Of a stretch of 64,000 bases of DNA, positions 25,622 through 34,981 are shown in pieces (positions within the stretch are counted from its first letter, which is position 1; each line of letters begins with the position of its first letter). A program made the translations under genes and the position numbers. The notes beneath the pieces were generated by a model, which did not search any database, was not told the DNA's origin, and saw only the letters and a program-made list of their open reading frames with translations. The stretch comes from a virus, in IMG/VR virus record IMGVR_UViG_3300020048_003650, positions 40,536 through 104,535 of that record, one strand, 5' to 3'.

Positions 25622-26362
25622 ATGCGTGTAAAAATTGGAAAATATGTTAACTTTTTTGGGCCGTTTCAACTGGCAGAATCACTTTGTTTTTGGGCACGTG
25701 ATGTCAACGACGAATATGGATTAAAGAGAAAGCCCGATTGGGTTCATAATTTTGGGGAATTTCTGGCCTATGGAAAAATTTCATCGGAGCCTGCAGCGGA
25801 TGAGACACGCCCACTTCTCAATAATGATGATGAAGAAACATGGCTCTATCGTTTATTAATGTGGATTCATAATCATCGTCAGCGCAAAATAAAAATTCAT
25901 ATTGATCGCTGGGATACCTGGAGTATGGATGATACACTAGCTAAAATTATTCTGCCTATGCTTCGTCAATTGAAAGAATCCAAACATGGCGCACCGTGTG
26001 TTGACTCGAAAGATGTTCCGGAAAATCTACGCGCCACACGTTCAGAGGCGGCAGCATTTCGCCGTAATGGAACAACCGATGATAAGTTTTTTGAACGTTG
26101 GGATTGGGTCATATCAGAAATGATTTTTGCATTTGAACATATTGTAGATGACTCGTGGGAAGATCAATATCGTCAGGGCGAAATTGACTGGCTTAGTAAA
26201 CCAGTCGAATGGGATGATAAAGGAAAACCAACCATGTATCAGATGGTAGACGGACCCAATCATACATATGAATGTGACTATGATGCTATCCGTGACGTTC
26301 ATAAGCGAATTGATCGTGGACTACTATTTTTTGGCAAATACTACCGACACCTGTGGGATTAA
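25622..26362 (+). CDS. Phage hypothetical protein
   Basis: GGAG RBS; DTWSMDDTLA..PML..KHGAP..W..EMIFAF..GL.FFGKYY..LWD; promoter at 25559. Confidence 0.8.
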   Translation: MRVKIGKYVNFFGPFQLAESLCFWARDVNDEYGLKRKPDWVHNFGEFLAYGKISSEPAADETRPLLNNDDEETWLYRLLMWIHNHRQRKIKIHIDRWDTWSMDDTLAKIILPMLRQLKESKHGAPCVDSKDVPENLRATRSEAAAFRRNGTTDDKFFERWDWVISEMIFAFEHIVDDSWEDQYRQGEIDWLSKPVEWDDKGKPTMYQMVDGPNHTYECDYDAIRDVHKRIDRGLLFFGKYYRHLWD

Positions 26363-26373
26363 TAGGATATCTA

Positions 26374-26844
26374 ATGAAACAGACATTTTACAGACGAGTA
26401 GGACGTAAATATGTTCCTGTGATGGAATATGATAGCGAAGTATCTAATAGTTTTACTGAAGGCTATCATCTTATCGTATGCAGACCAGGCAGTGTTCTCA
26501 CACTATACGATATTGTTCCGGAACATGCGCCACTAATTGCCGCGGCACAAATTGCACGTGATGTAATGTCAGAAACTATGAGAAAGGAATTAGAACTTAA
26601 GCCATCTAATAAGCCAATTACACCAGAACAACGTGCAGCATGGGATAATTTGGCACAAACATTTGGAGATAATTTATCTACACTGGAATCTAATAGTGTG
26701 TACAACGTTGTTAATGCAGGATTAGATTCACTGATCGGCGAGGCATCTAAATTATTGACCAACGAAAGTGTAAAATTAGCATACGAGAATTTTTTATTAT
26801 TATCAGCACTAACCAAGGAGCAAAAAAATGACACACGAAGTTAA
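26374..26844 (+). CDS. Hypothetical protein
   Basis: MKQTFYRRVGRKYVPV, AGGA RBS. Confidence 0.7.
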   Translation: MKQTFYRRVGRKYVPVMEYDSEVSNSFTEGYHLIVCRPGSVLTLYDIVPEHAPLIAAAQIARDVMSETMRKELELKPSNKPITPEQRAAWDNLAQTFGDNLSTLESNSVYNVVNAGLDSLIGEASKLLTNESVKLAYENFLLLSALTKEQKNDTRS

Positions 26845-26933
26845 AATCGGAATCGTATTAGCAGTAATAGTGTATGTAGTATTACCGGCTATGTACTGGC
26901 TATCACAGTAATGGAATTCGTATTGCCTTAATC

Positions 26934-27155
26934 ATGAAATATCATGACATAATGGAATCATTGATGATGAACTATCTATTCGAGCCGTGGGATGCTCAAA
27001 CACGACTTCAATTGGAATATGATTTTAGATCACAGTGTCCTGGTCCATATATTATTACATGGACAAAACGATGGGAAAGTGACGGTATTCCGGTTTATCT
27101 ATTTCAATTCGAAGATCCAGTTGAGGAAACAATGTGGCTGTTGAGGTGGTCATGA
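26934..27155 (+). CDS. FxL[KR]W-family small protein
   Basis: Ends MWLLRWS. Confidence 0.7.
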   Translation: MKYHDIMESLMMNYLFEPWDAQTRLQLEYDFRSQCPGPYIITWTKRWESDGIPVYLFQFEDPVEETMWLLRWS

Positions 27156-27352
27156 AAATAGAATCTACAACTTATCATGGCTGGACCAATCAACAGAGCG
27201 TATATCGAGTTAAAACTTACGATGATTTTATAGAAATCTCTAAATGGATGCAACTCAATGGGGTAGACAACGCACTATTGTCGTCTGGATTGAATGAATA
27301 CATATTTGAAGTTCGTGATAATCATGAATGGTTTATTCTGAAATGGCTATAA
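27152..27352 (+). CDS. FxL[KR]W-family small protein
   Basis: ATGA overlap; KWM motif; ends WFILKWL. Confidence 0.7.
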   Translation: MKIESTTYHGWTNQQSVYRVKTYDDFIEISKWMQLNGVDNALLSSGLNEYIFEVRDNHEWFILKWL

Positions 27353-27519
27353 TATATCGAGCAAAGATTCCAGAAGCATGGGCAAGAGTAAAATGGTGCG
27401 AACAACAGTTTGGTCCCACAGTTTGGTGGAACTCAACGGCTCGCTGGTATCGGGATGGCGGGTATATATGCTTTCGTGATGAATCGGATTACGTGTTATA
27501 CTTGCTAAGATGGGCATGA
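27343..27519 (+). CDS. FxL[KR]W-family small protein
   Basis: KWCEQQFG; ends FRDESDYVLYLLRWA. Confidence 0.75.
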   Translation: MAIIYRAKIPEAWARVKWCEQQFGPTVWWNSTARWYRDGGYICFRDESDYVLYLLRWA

Positions 27520-27722
27520 TTATTCAATTACATAAAGAGTTTAGGATTTGGAGAGAAATGGTTCCGTGGTTGGTAGAACATTGTGGTCCAGTCTTGAATA
27601 GTAAACCTGTTGTATATTGGAGAGGACGGGAGTGGGAGTTGAGTTACGAATCGTCAAATTATTGGCAAGTGAATATAAATGACGAGAAAATGGCTACATT
27701 ATTTGTATTGAGATGGTATTGA
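27516..27722 (+). CDS. FxL[KR]W-family small protein
   Basis: PWLVEHCG; ends DEKMATLFVLRWY. Confidence 0.75.
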   Translation: MIIQLHKEFRIWREMVPWLVEHCGPVLNSKPVVYWRGREWELSYESSNYWQVNINDEKMATLFVLRWY

Positions 27723-27723
27723 G

Positions 27724-28005
27724 ATGGGCATGACTCAATACGAACATTGGAAACGAGATCACGATAGAACAATGGAAGAAATGGATATTCTAGCGGAATG
27801 GAAATACAAAAGATTTGTAATCGTCGATCCGGAATTACATGACTATTCTAATCATGTAATATTACTATATGACTATTTGTATTGGTCAGATAATATTCTT
27901 GAGTTAGTTGAATGGTGTCATAATAACAACTGTAAGTTAAAGGGAATGACCATAGAAATACCAAATGATTCTTTGCTGACTATGTTTATCTTGAGGTGGA
28001 CATGA
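27724..28005 (+). CDS. FxL[KR]W-family small protein (close paralog of 24170..24448)
   Basis: L.DY.YW....EL.EWC...KLKGMTIEI..LLTMFILRWT. Confidence 0.8.
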   Translation: MGMTQYEHWKRDHDRTMEEMDILAEWKYKRFVIVDPELHDYSNHVILLYDYLYWSDNILELVEWCHNNNCKLKGMTIEIPNDSLLTMFILRWT

Positions 28006-28202
28006 TTAAATTACCAGTAGAACCCTATTGGGTTAACGCCGCTGATTGGTGGCTGAAGAATCGCAACAACAATAACCATGAATTCAATCTATGGTTACGT
28101 GAACAGGGTGTGCACGTTGTCAAGCGAGATAAATTTTATCCCTGGATTGAATTTCATGATTCAGTTCATGCGGTAATTTTTCAATTAAAATGGAGTGATT
28201 AG
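28002..28202 (+). CDS. FxL[KR]W-family small protein
   Basis: LWLREQG; ends IFQLKWSD. Confidence 0.7.
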   Translation: MIKLPVEPYWVNAADWWLKNRNNNNHEFNLWLREQGVHVVKRDKFYPWIEFHDSVHAVIFQLKWSD

Positions 28203-28579
28203 TGACAACTGAACACTTCCTGTTATTAGGGTTCACACTGTTTGCCGTTAAACATTACATATGTGATTTTGTATTGCAAACAAATGATATGATTCGGTCT
28301 AAAGGACACTGGGGTGAATGGCGGGGTATTGTACACAGCGTATATCATGGAATGGGAACTATGGTAGTCATTGGCATAATGGGATTTGGAACGGTGTCGT
28401 GCATACTCATGGGATTGCTTGACACGGTAGTACACTATCATGTTGACTGGGCAAAACAAAAACTTAATGATGCGTTAAAATACACTGTGGATAATCCTAA
28501 ATTCTGGAATTTATTAGGCCTAGACCAACTGCTACACACGCTAACTTATGTCGGAATATTACTGACGGTCACATCGTGA
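28202..28579 (+). CDS. DUF3307-like membrane protein
   Basis: KHYICDFVLQ, H..YH, HYHVDWAK, GLDQLLH. Confidence 0.8.
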   Translation: MTTEHFLLLGFTLFAVKHYICDFVLQTNDMIRSKGHWGEWRGIVHSVYHGMGTMVVIGIMGFGTVSCILMGLLDTVVHYHVDWAKQKLNDALKYTVDNPKFWNLLGLDQLLHTLTYVGILLTVTS

Positions 28580-28899
28580 TTGAAATTGATGTAGATTTAA
28601 CTGTAGATACTGATTCTGAGGTGTATCAGAATGCCATTGCCTACTGGGCAAATCTCGATGAGAACAGGAGCAAATGGAATAAAAAATGGCAGTCGGCGGT
28701 CACTGCCGCTAACGACTATAAAAACCTTGTGGTTGAACCATTTCATCAGTGGCTAGCATCTCAGGGAGCAACCGTGTCCAATAATAAAAAACCCACTGAC
28801 CTCTACATGGTTGATAGCTATAACATAGCACAGGGAATAGATGTCCTGTTATTTGACACAGAACAGAATAAATTGATTTTTTTACTAAGGTGGAGTTAG
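28576..28899 (+). CDS. FxL[KR]W-family protein
   Basis: FHQWLASQGA; ends IFLLRWS. Confidence 0.75.
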   Translation: MIEIDVDLTVDTDSEVYQNAIAYWANLDENRSKWNKKWQSAVTAANDYKNLVVEPFHQWLASQGATVSNNKKPTDLYMVDSYNIAQGIDVLLFDTEQNKLIFLLRWS

Positions 28900-28985
28900 T
28901 GTTGTATCTTTACAACACTATTTTTACTAAGAAAAATTTAGTTGACAATAAATCAGAGGTGTGATATACTGTAGTTATAGTAGAT
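28899..28985 (+). promoter_or_regulatory. Palindrome + early promoter (second subfamily; also at 29273 and 30832)
   Basis: GTGTTGTA-TCTT-TACAACAC then TTGACAATAAATC...GTGATATACTGTAGTTAT; the promoter part recurs three times. Confidence 0.8.
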
Positions 28986-29023
28986 AGAAATTGTTTTATC
29001 TACGAATTTAAAGGCGTTACGAC

Positions 29024-29260
29024 ATGAAATTTGAAACTAAACTGCCAACTCTTAAATCAATGAAAGAAGATGGGTGGAAACTCACCCATATTAATGGTGT
29101 TAAATGTTTGAAACTAGTAAGTGACGATTGTACTTTTGTAGGCGAATGGAATAAGTCTGGATATATGTCGCCTACCAACATGTTATCGATTATATCAAAA
29201 TTAGGGCAGCCTAAACGTATTCATACGATGAATAATTCAGTTACTACCCTAGAATACTAA
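29024..29260 (+). CDS. Hypothetical protein
   Basis: ORF between repeated promoters. Confidence 0.6.
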   Translation: MKFETKLPTLKSMKEDGWKLTHINGVKCLKLVSDDCTFVGEWNKSGYMSPTNMLSIISKLGQPKRIHTMNNSVTTLEY

Positions 29261-29343
29261 ACAATATTTAACTTGACAATTAATACCACTTGTGATATAC
29301 TGTAGTTATAGTAGATAAACACTTAAACACACAGGGATACAAA

Positions 29344-29865
29344 ATGACTTCAAAACTTACCTCAACAGACCCACGTATCGTTGATTTATTTAAATCGTAT
29401 CATCGCCGAGTTAAATCTCGTCCACAGTTATTTAATAATAGTAACTCAATGATTACCGTTGGATTATCGGCCGATTTGTTAGATTACGCTAATGCCGCGG
29501 CTGGTCATAGTGGCTTTGCTGCTAGTGCACGCCCAGTTGGTATTCGAGTGACCGTGAGTGATAGTACTAAATCTCTTAAAGATATCTTTAGTTCGTGTGA
29601 ATCACTGGCCGAGTTTATTAACTCAAGTGAGTGCAATGCCGCGGAGTATATTGCTAGAATTAGAGATCGTGATTCTAAAGTATCTAATAAACCAGGCAAG
29701 AACGCAATTACAATCGATATCCGTCCAATCAAAGATGCTTTCTACGATTTAGGGTACAACTTTGATCTAATTCAAAAACTCAAGAATACGTACGGCACTG
29801 ACACCGTTAAACGTGACTGGGACAATCTTCAGGTTACAGAATTTCAACTTCGCTACGCTGTCTAA
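29344..29865 (+). CDS. Hypothetical protein at the start of the methylation island
   Basis: AGGGA RBS; own promoter. Confidence 0.7.
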   Translation: MTSKLTSTDPRIVDLFKSYHRRVKSRPQLFNNSNSMITVGLSADLLDYANAAAGHSGFAASARPVGIRVTVSDSTKSLKDIFSSCESLAEFINSSECNAAEYIARIRDRDSKVSNKPGKNAITIDIRPIKDAFYDLGYNFDLIQKLKNTYGTDTVKRDWDNLQVTEFQLRYAV

Positions 29866-30835
29866 CACAGGTACTGTCGTGATAAATAATTCGGTCGTCA
29901 ACGTACTTGACACACTCAAAAAAGAAGATTACAATATTCTAATAGTTAATGCCCTTAACGGAGCGTTTCCTATTAGAGTTCGTAAAAAATATCCAAAAGC
30001 TAGAATTATCTGCGCCGAGATATTTCCATACTTCAAATCTCATCTACTCAAGTTGGGATTTGAAGTCATTGATTTTTCAATATTGACCGAAGATATGATA
30101 AAACGATTTAATGTGACTTTAGGTAATCCACCGTTTCAGGCAATGAAGTCTGATGGAGAGCGCAGTGATCAGGCTAGTAACCTGTGGAGTAAATTTTGGG
30201 TCAAGTCATTGGATATTACCAATGACAATGGAATTGTTGCTTTGGTTAGTCCAACTAGTTGGATTTCTCCTAGTTCAGAGATACGAGGCAAATGGTCTCG
30301 TAACGGCAAATCTAGATTGTGGGAGGTATTCGATCAATACGGTAGCTACGCTAATGTGACAGATGTAAAAAAACATTTTGATGGTGTGGGTTCTACATTT
30401 GGATATGTGATCGTAGATAAATCTAAAGATACTGGATTGATATTTTCAGACGGCGTGTCAACTAAATTAGGATTTCGCGCTCATGGAGAATATGACCGAG
30501 TTGAATTGGAACTAGATCGAATAGAGAATCTTGATAAACATTTTAAGATTAATCAAGTTAATTCCCCCGGTCTAAGAGTTAGCTTTCCGTTAACCAGAAC
30601 ATTAACCGTTAACAGCGTAGAGATATTAACAGGACAATCGTCGCCGACTACCGGCTCTGATAAAGATGGTTTGTATCTGTACATTCACGTGAATAATCTC
30701 ACTGAAGCGGAATTGGTAAAAAACCGAATTATTGATTGTTTGGATATTTTAAATAAACTCTGCAAGTACAGTGGATTTATTAATATCCAAACAGTAAAAA
30801 TGATTAAATTCTTCGATAGTGTTGTAAAAAGTTGA
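29813..30835 (+). CDS. Gamma-class (Eco57I/TaqI-like) adenine MTase: catalytic + TRD part with degenerate SAM motif
   Basis: FNVTLGNPPF, LWSKF, VSPTSW; motif I eroded to IVNALNGAF; start uncertain. Confidence 0.8.
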   Translation: MTGTIFRLQNFNFATLSNTGTVVINNSVVNVLDTLKKEDYNILIVNALNGAFPIRVRKKYPKARIICAEIFPYFKSHLLKLGFEVIDFSILTEDMIKRFNVTLGNPPFQAMKSDGERSDQASNLWSKFWVKSLDITNDNGIVALVSPTSWISPSSEIRGKWSRNGKSRLWEVFDQYGSYANVTDVKKHFDGVGSTFGYVIVDKSKDTGLIFSDGVSTKLGFRAHGEYDRVELELDRIENLDKHFKINQVNSPGLRVSFPLTRTLTVNSVEILTGQSSPTTGSDKDGLYLYIHVNNLTEAELVKNRIIDCLDILNKLCKYSGFINIQTVKMIKFFDSVVKS

Positions 30836-30891
30836 CAATAAATCCCACTTGTGATATACTGTAGTTATTCTAACACATAGAGAATAGTTAA

Positions 30892-33372
30892 ATGAGTTTA
30901 AAGATTATTGGTGACAGAGCCAAGATACACTGGTTGAGTTCAACTAAATCAGTAACCTTGACCAAAGATCAGGGCGTACTCTATATCACTCAAGATGGTA
31001 AACTTGGTCAGGCAACCGTAGAGAGTTATGCCGGTCTGACTCCGGCCGAGGCATTCGTGCGTCGCTATAATGGCATGAAGTCTGCCATGAATGGTAACTT
31101 TATTGCCGATGATCTCGTGGTGATTGATAAGACGTATGGTGAGAATCATGATTATGATGATGGTGTTCGTCTACTGATTAATAAATTAAACAAGATCAAT
31201 CTGATTGATTTTCGAGCTAACGTTCTATCTCAACAGACCGAAAATTCAAACAGCGAGGCACTAATAGATTACAAGTCATCGTCGCATAGAGACGATGTTA
31301 TCAATTGTATCAAACAATATCTAGGAATTAACACATACTACAATACTCACACACCATTTCAACCACGTTACGGCCAACAGTGGGCCGTCGACGGTATTGT
31401 TAGCGGTCTCGCTCAGTATGATCGTGTGTTGTTTGCTGGCTACACGGGCGTTGGCAAGAGCAAGATTGCCTTAGAGGCAATTCATCAGTACTATCCTGGT
31501 GGCGCTGTGATTCTTATTACCACACCTATTACCGAGACCATTACGTCATTCAAGGACGCCGTCGATGATACAAGATTTGGCAATTCTCCAACCAGAGAGA
31601 CTGTGATATATTCGACCGATAATATGCCGAGTGTCAAGAATATCAAAAACTCTGTTGCCAATGGCAATATTGTTATTGTTATTGCCACAGTACAGGATAT
31701 TCGCTATCAAGACAGTTCTTCAATTACCACACCGAATAAAAAACTTCGTACAAAATACACGTCACTGTGTCAGATAGTTGATCTATGGATTCGTGATGAG
31801 TATCATAAAGAGTACGGCGGAACAGTTACTCAGGAGGTATTCAAACATATCAAGACCAGTAAAAAACTAGACTTGACCGCCACGCCGTATTCGGTCATTG
31901 ATGAATATGATAGTGAACAGGTAATCTCACGTACACTATTGTGGGCAGTGGCAAATCGTGCTAATACCGGCGTGCCAAATTTTGGTATTGACTGTTTAGC
32001 CGGCTTGTTGCCAAAAAACATGAGTAAGTGGGGCGACCTATTCAGCGAGAGCGAGGGCTTTCACAGTCATAAATTGGTCGAACAATGCAGTTCAACAGGC
32101 GAGTTCGTAAACTTCGGAATCATCGAGGATATGATCGAGCGTTCATACTGTATGAATACCGTGCCTCGTAAAAAGAACGTGTTCAGCATCGGTAATGATG
32201 CTGAGTTGAGTCTTGTCGCCCGTGAAGTTGGATTGTGGATTATGCCAGAGGGAGCAAATGGCATTTCGGCATCAGACTACATTGTGTCACTGGCAGACAA
32301 ATTGAATCGTTGTGGCACAATTAATAAACACGTTAAAGTTACAACGGCATATGAGATTGACGGTCTGCGTAAACAGTTAACTGTGGAAGAATATGTTAAT
32401 TCAATCAAAGACCATCGTGTCTTGATTATCCTTACTCACGGTAAGTTCAAAACCGGAACTGATATACCCTGTTTAGGTCACATTGTATTACTAGACAAGA
32501 TTAGTAATATAGCGGAGTTTGAACAAACTGTTGGTAGAATCATGCGTGTCTATCCAACTAAGGACTACACTAAAATGTATGTGTACAGTCCAGGTGTCAC
32601 CGTCAAGGAAGTAGTTACTGAGTTAGCCCATCAGAATACTAAATTGTCCACGGACGAGACCCGTAGTGAATTGGATTTCTTAAGTTGTTTTCCAATTAGC
32701 GAGTATGATGGTCTGTCTATCCAGTCTCTCGATCCAGTTACACTGTTTGAAGAGTTTAAAGAAAAACTTAGACTCAAGAGTGCAATTGCCAACTTTAAAT
32801 TGCCCAGTGAAATTCGTTCAATGATTGAGAATAATTCAGATATCGCGGACGAATTATCTTTGCTGTCTAAGAAAAATGGTAAGCGCGATGGCCTAAGTTC
32901 GGACCTTACAGAAGATAATAACTCTGAGGTTTTTGGCAACCGTAATAAAAAAAATGGCAACACGAAAAAATCAACACCAGTCAACCAAGATCAAAAAACT
33001 ATCAATAATATCATTAACGGACTGGAAGAAATTTGGATAAACGTTCCGCCATTTGCCATTATTACAGATAGTGACGACATCGTTGATGTGTTACAATGTG
33101 AACCGCTAATTGAAATGTTCGGTCATGATCATATCTATTCAGTCGTCGATGTGATGAATAATTATCCAGACTTTAAGAAACGACTGCAACTTAGATTGAA
33201 CGTGTTCTTGACTGCATTCCGTGATCTACCGCCGGAACAGTGTTACGATTCAGTATTTAAAAACTGTGATAAAAAAATGAAACAGGGATTGGTATTCACC
33301 CCGTTTAGTTTAATTGATGAATTGTTGGATAAATTGCCTATGGACAGTTACAACGCTAAATATGGATACTAA
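30892..33372 (+). CDS. SF2 helicase of type ISP/III restriction-enzyme style, ending in MTase motif X
   Basis: PRYGQQWAV, GYTGVGKS, IRDEYH, LTATP, TGTDIP, QTVGRIMR; C-terminal GLVFTPFSLIDELLDKLP. Confidence 0.85.
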   Translation: MSLKIIGDRAKIHWLSSTKSVTLTKDQGVLYITQDGKLGQATVESYAGLTPAEAFVRRYNGMKSAMNGNFIADDLVVIDKTYGENHDYDDGVRLLINKLNKINLIDFRANVLSQQTENSNSEALIDYKSSSHRDDVINCIKQYLGINTYYNTHTPFQPRYGQQWAVDGIVSGLAQYDRVLFAGYTGVGKSKIALEAIHQYYPGGAVILITTPITETITSFKDAVDDTRFGNSPTRETVIYSTDNMPSVKNIKNSVANGNIVIVIATVQDIRYQDSSSITTPNKKLRTKYTSLCQIVDLWIRDEYHKEYGGTVTQEVFKHIKTSKKLDLTATPYSVIDEYDSEQVISRTLLWAVANRANTGVPNFGIDCLAGLLPKNMSKWGDLFSESEGFHSHKLVEQCSSTGEFVNFGIIEDMIERSYCMNTVPRKKNVFSIGNDAELSLVAREVGLWIMPEGANGISASDYIVSLADKLNRCGTINKHVKVTTAYEIDGLRKQLTVEEYVNSIKDHRVLIILTHGKFKTGTDIPCLGHIVLLDKISNIAEFEQTVGRIMRVYPTKDYTKMYVYSPGVTVKEVVTELAHQNTKLSTDETRSELDFLSCFPISEYDGLSIQSLDPVTLFEEFKEKLRLKSAIANFKLPSEIRSMIENNSDIADELSLLSKKNGKRDGLSSDLTEDNNSEVFGNRNKKNGNTKKSTPVNQDQKTINNIINGLEEIWINVPPFAIITDSDDIVDVLQCEPLIEMFGHDHIYSVVDVMNNYPDFKKRLQLRLNVFLTAFRDLPPEQCYDSVFKNCDKKMKQGLVFTPFSLIDELLDKLPMDSYNAKYGY

Positions 33373-33373
33373 G

Positions 33374-34399
33374 ATGATTGACAAGTTAAGCGATAAAGAC
33401 TACAATATCTTAGTGATAAATGCACTTAACGGCACATTTGCAATTAAACTCAGACAGCGGTATCCACGTGCCAGAATTATCTGTGCCGAGATGTTCTCTT
33501 ACTACGGAGAACACCTGACTAAACTGGGTTTTGAAGTTATCGACTACAAAGACTTGGACAAGAGTATGAGATTTGATGTAATAGCCGGAAATCCTCCTTA
33601 TCTTAAAGGAAAATGGATAGAGTTTTTAAAACGTTCTATCGAACTTTCCAATAAACACGTTCTGATGATTTCTCCAGACGGAACGAATAATTTTTCCACT
33701 CGCTCTGATAAATTGATCAGTTTTCTTAAGGAAAATGGAATTCAATCAAAAGTTGAATGCACTGATTCTTTCCCTACTGTTCTTAGCGGCAAGATTGTCA
33801 CTTATTTTTTGGATAAAAGTAAACCTGGAAATTCAGATATCTTTGACCCAGTTGATGATCTTGGACGACTGTTAAAACAAGTTATCCCGAATTCCAGAAA
33901 AAGTTTTCGGGGCGGCTATGAATTTATGGAACCAAAAGTAAAAGGAATTAAGCGTAACAAGAACAAGGACGTTCTGCCAAGTAATGATTCACAATCGTCA
34001 GAATATTCTCAACGAGTAATTGTGGGTGTCACCAGAAAAGGAATCATCGAACGATATTTTGCTGAACAATCTAGCGAGAGTCAGGCTACGGAACTAGGGT
34101 TTGTCATAAATCGCTCATTCGGACAAGGGTCCAATAAAGACGTTTATTTGGTAGATTCACAGAATACACAATTTACCAATAATGTCATTTGGTTCGAGGC
34201 ATATCCTGGAGAGACTGTGGAATCATTCTTATCAGTTTTTGGTAGTAATCTTTACGGCGAATTACTTACTCGTTTACGTAATGGTTCCATGGATATTCGA
34301 GCAACTCATCTTCAGGCATTGCCATGTCCGCCGCTAACTCGTGTGTATTCTGAACAAGAAGTCCACAATTTTGTTAAAAATCAACAAAAATATGGCTAA
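33374..34399 (+). CDS. Gamma-class adenine MTase: catalytic + TRD part with degenerate SAM motif
   Basis: MRFDVIAGNPPY, WIEFLKRS, MISP; N-terminal part paralogous to the 29813 gene. Confidence 0.8.
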   Translation: MIDKLSDKDYNILVINALNGTFAIKLRQRYPRARIICAEMFSYYGEHLTKLGFEVIDYKDLDKSMRFDVIAGNPPYLKGKWIEFLKRSIELSNKHVLMISPDGTNNFSTRSDKLISFLKENGIQSKVECTDSFPTVLSGKIVTYFLDKSKPGNSDIFDPVDDLGRLLKQVIPNSRKSFRGGYEFMEPKVKGIKRNKNKDVLPSNDSQSSEYSQRVIVGVTRKGIIERYFAEQSSESQATELGFVINRSFGQGSNKDVYLVDSQNTQFTNNVIWFEAYPGETVESFLSVFGSNLYGELLTRLRNGSMDIRATHLQALPCPPLTRVYSEQEVHNFVKNQQKYG

Positions 34400-34450
34400 A
34401 GCCATACAAAATCACTTGACACCGATCAACTATTAGAGTACAATAGTCAC

Positions 34451-34981
34451 ATGAACATTGAAACTATTATCAAACATTTACGTGAACGTGAATACATGTC
34501 GGGCGTTGACCGTGACAAAACTCGTGTAAAAGCGACCGGCGAAGTCTACACTCCAACTCCTCTTGTACAAGAGATCCTCCATCAAATACCACAAGATCAA
34601 TTTCAGGATCCCACTAAGACATTCTTAGACCCGACCTGTGGTGACGGTCAGTTCTTGAGTGAAATCATTATCAAGAAGATCGAATCTGGTTCAACATACG
34701 AACAGGCACTCTCAACTACCTATGGCGTTGATTTAATGCCAGATAACTGCCGTGAGTGTATCAGGCGATTGTACGGCGCCCTGGGTGAGCCTGTTATTGA
34801 AACCCTAGAAAATGGAGATATCCCCCTGGAGTGGCAGCGTGATGGCGTCATCGCGGTATTCAGGGTGAACGGCACAATCTGTAACATTGTCTGTGCAGAC
34901 GGACTTAAATATGACTACAGTTTTGGTGAATTGCCTGAGCCAGAGGTGTTTGGCAATTCGCTATTCGAAATAGGAGCATGA
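34451..34981 (+). CDS. Stand-alone SAM-binding half of a gamma-class MTase (motifs X, I, II, III only)
   Basis: TGEVYTP, FLDPTCGDGQFL, YGVDL, NIVCADGL; no NPPY motif. Confidence 0.85.
   Translation: MNIETIIKHLREREYMSGVDRDKTRVKATGEVYTPTPLVQEILHQIPQDQFQDPTKTFLDPTCGDGQFLSEIIIKKIESGSTYEQALSTTYGVDLMPDNCRECIRRLYGALGEPVIETLENGDIPLEWQRDGVIAVFRVNGTICNIVCADGLKYDYSFGELPEPEVFGNSLFEIGA

Noticed and set aside
24170-28899. Short ORFs might be fragments produced by stop-codon reassignment
   Set aside because: Conserved genes end properly at TAA, TAG and TGA, successive ORFs change frame, and each ends in the same protein motif
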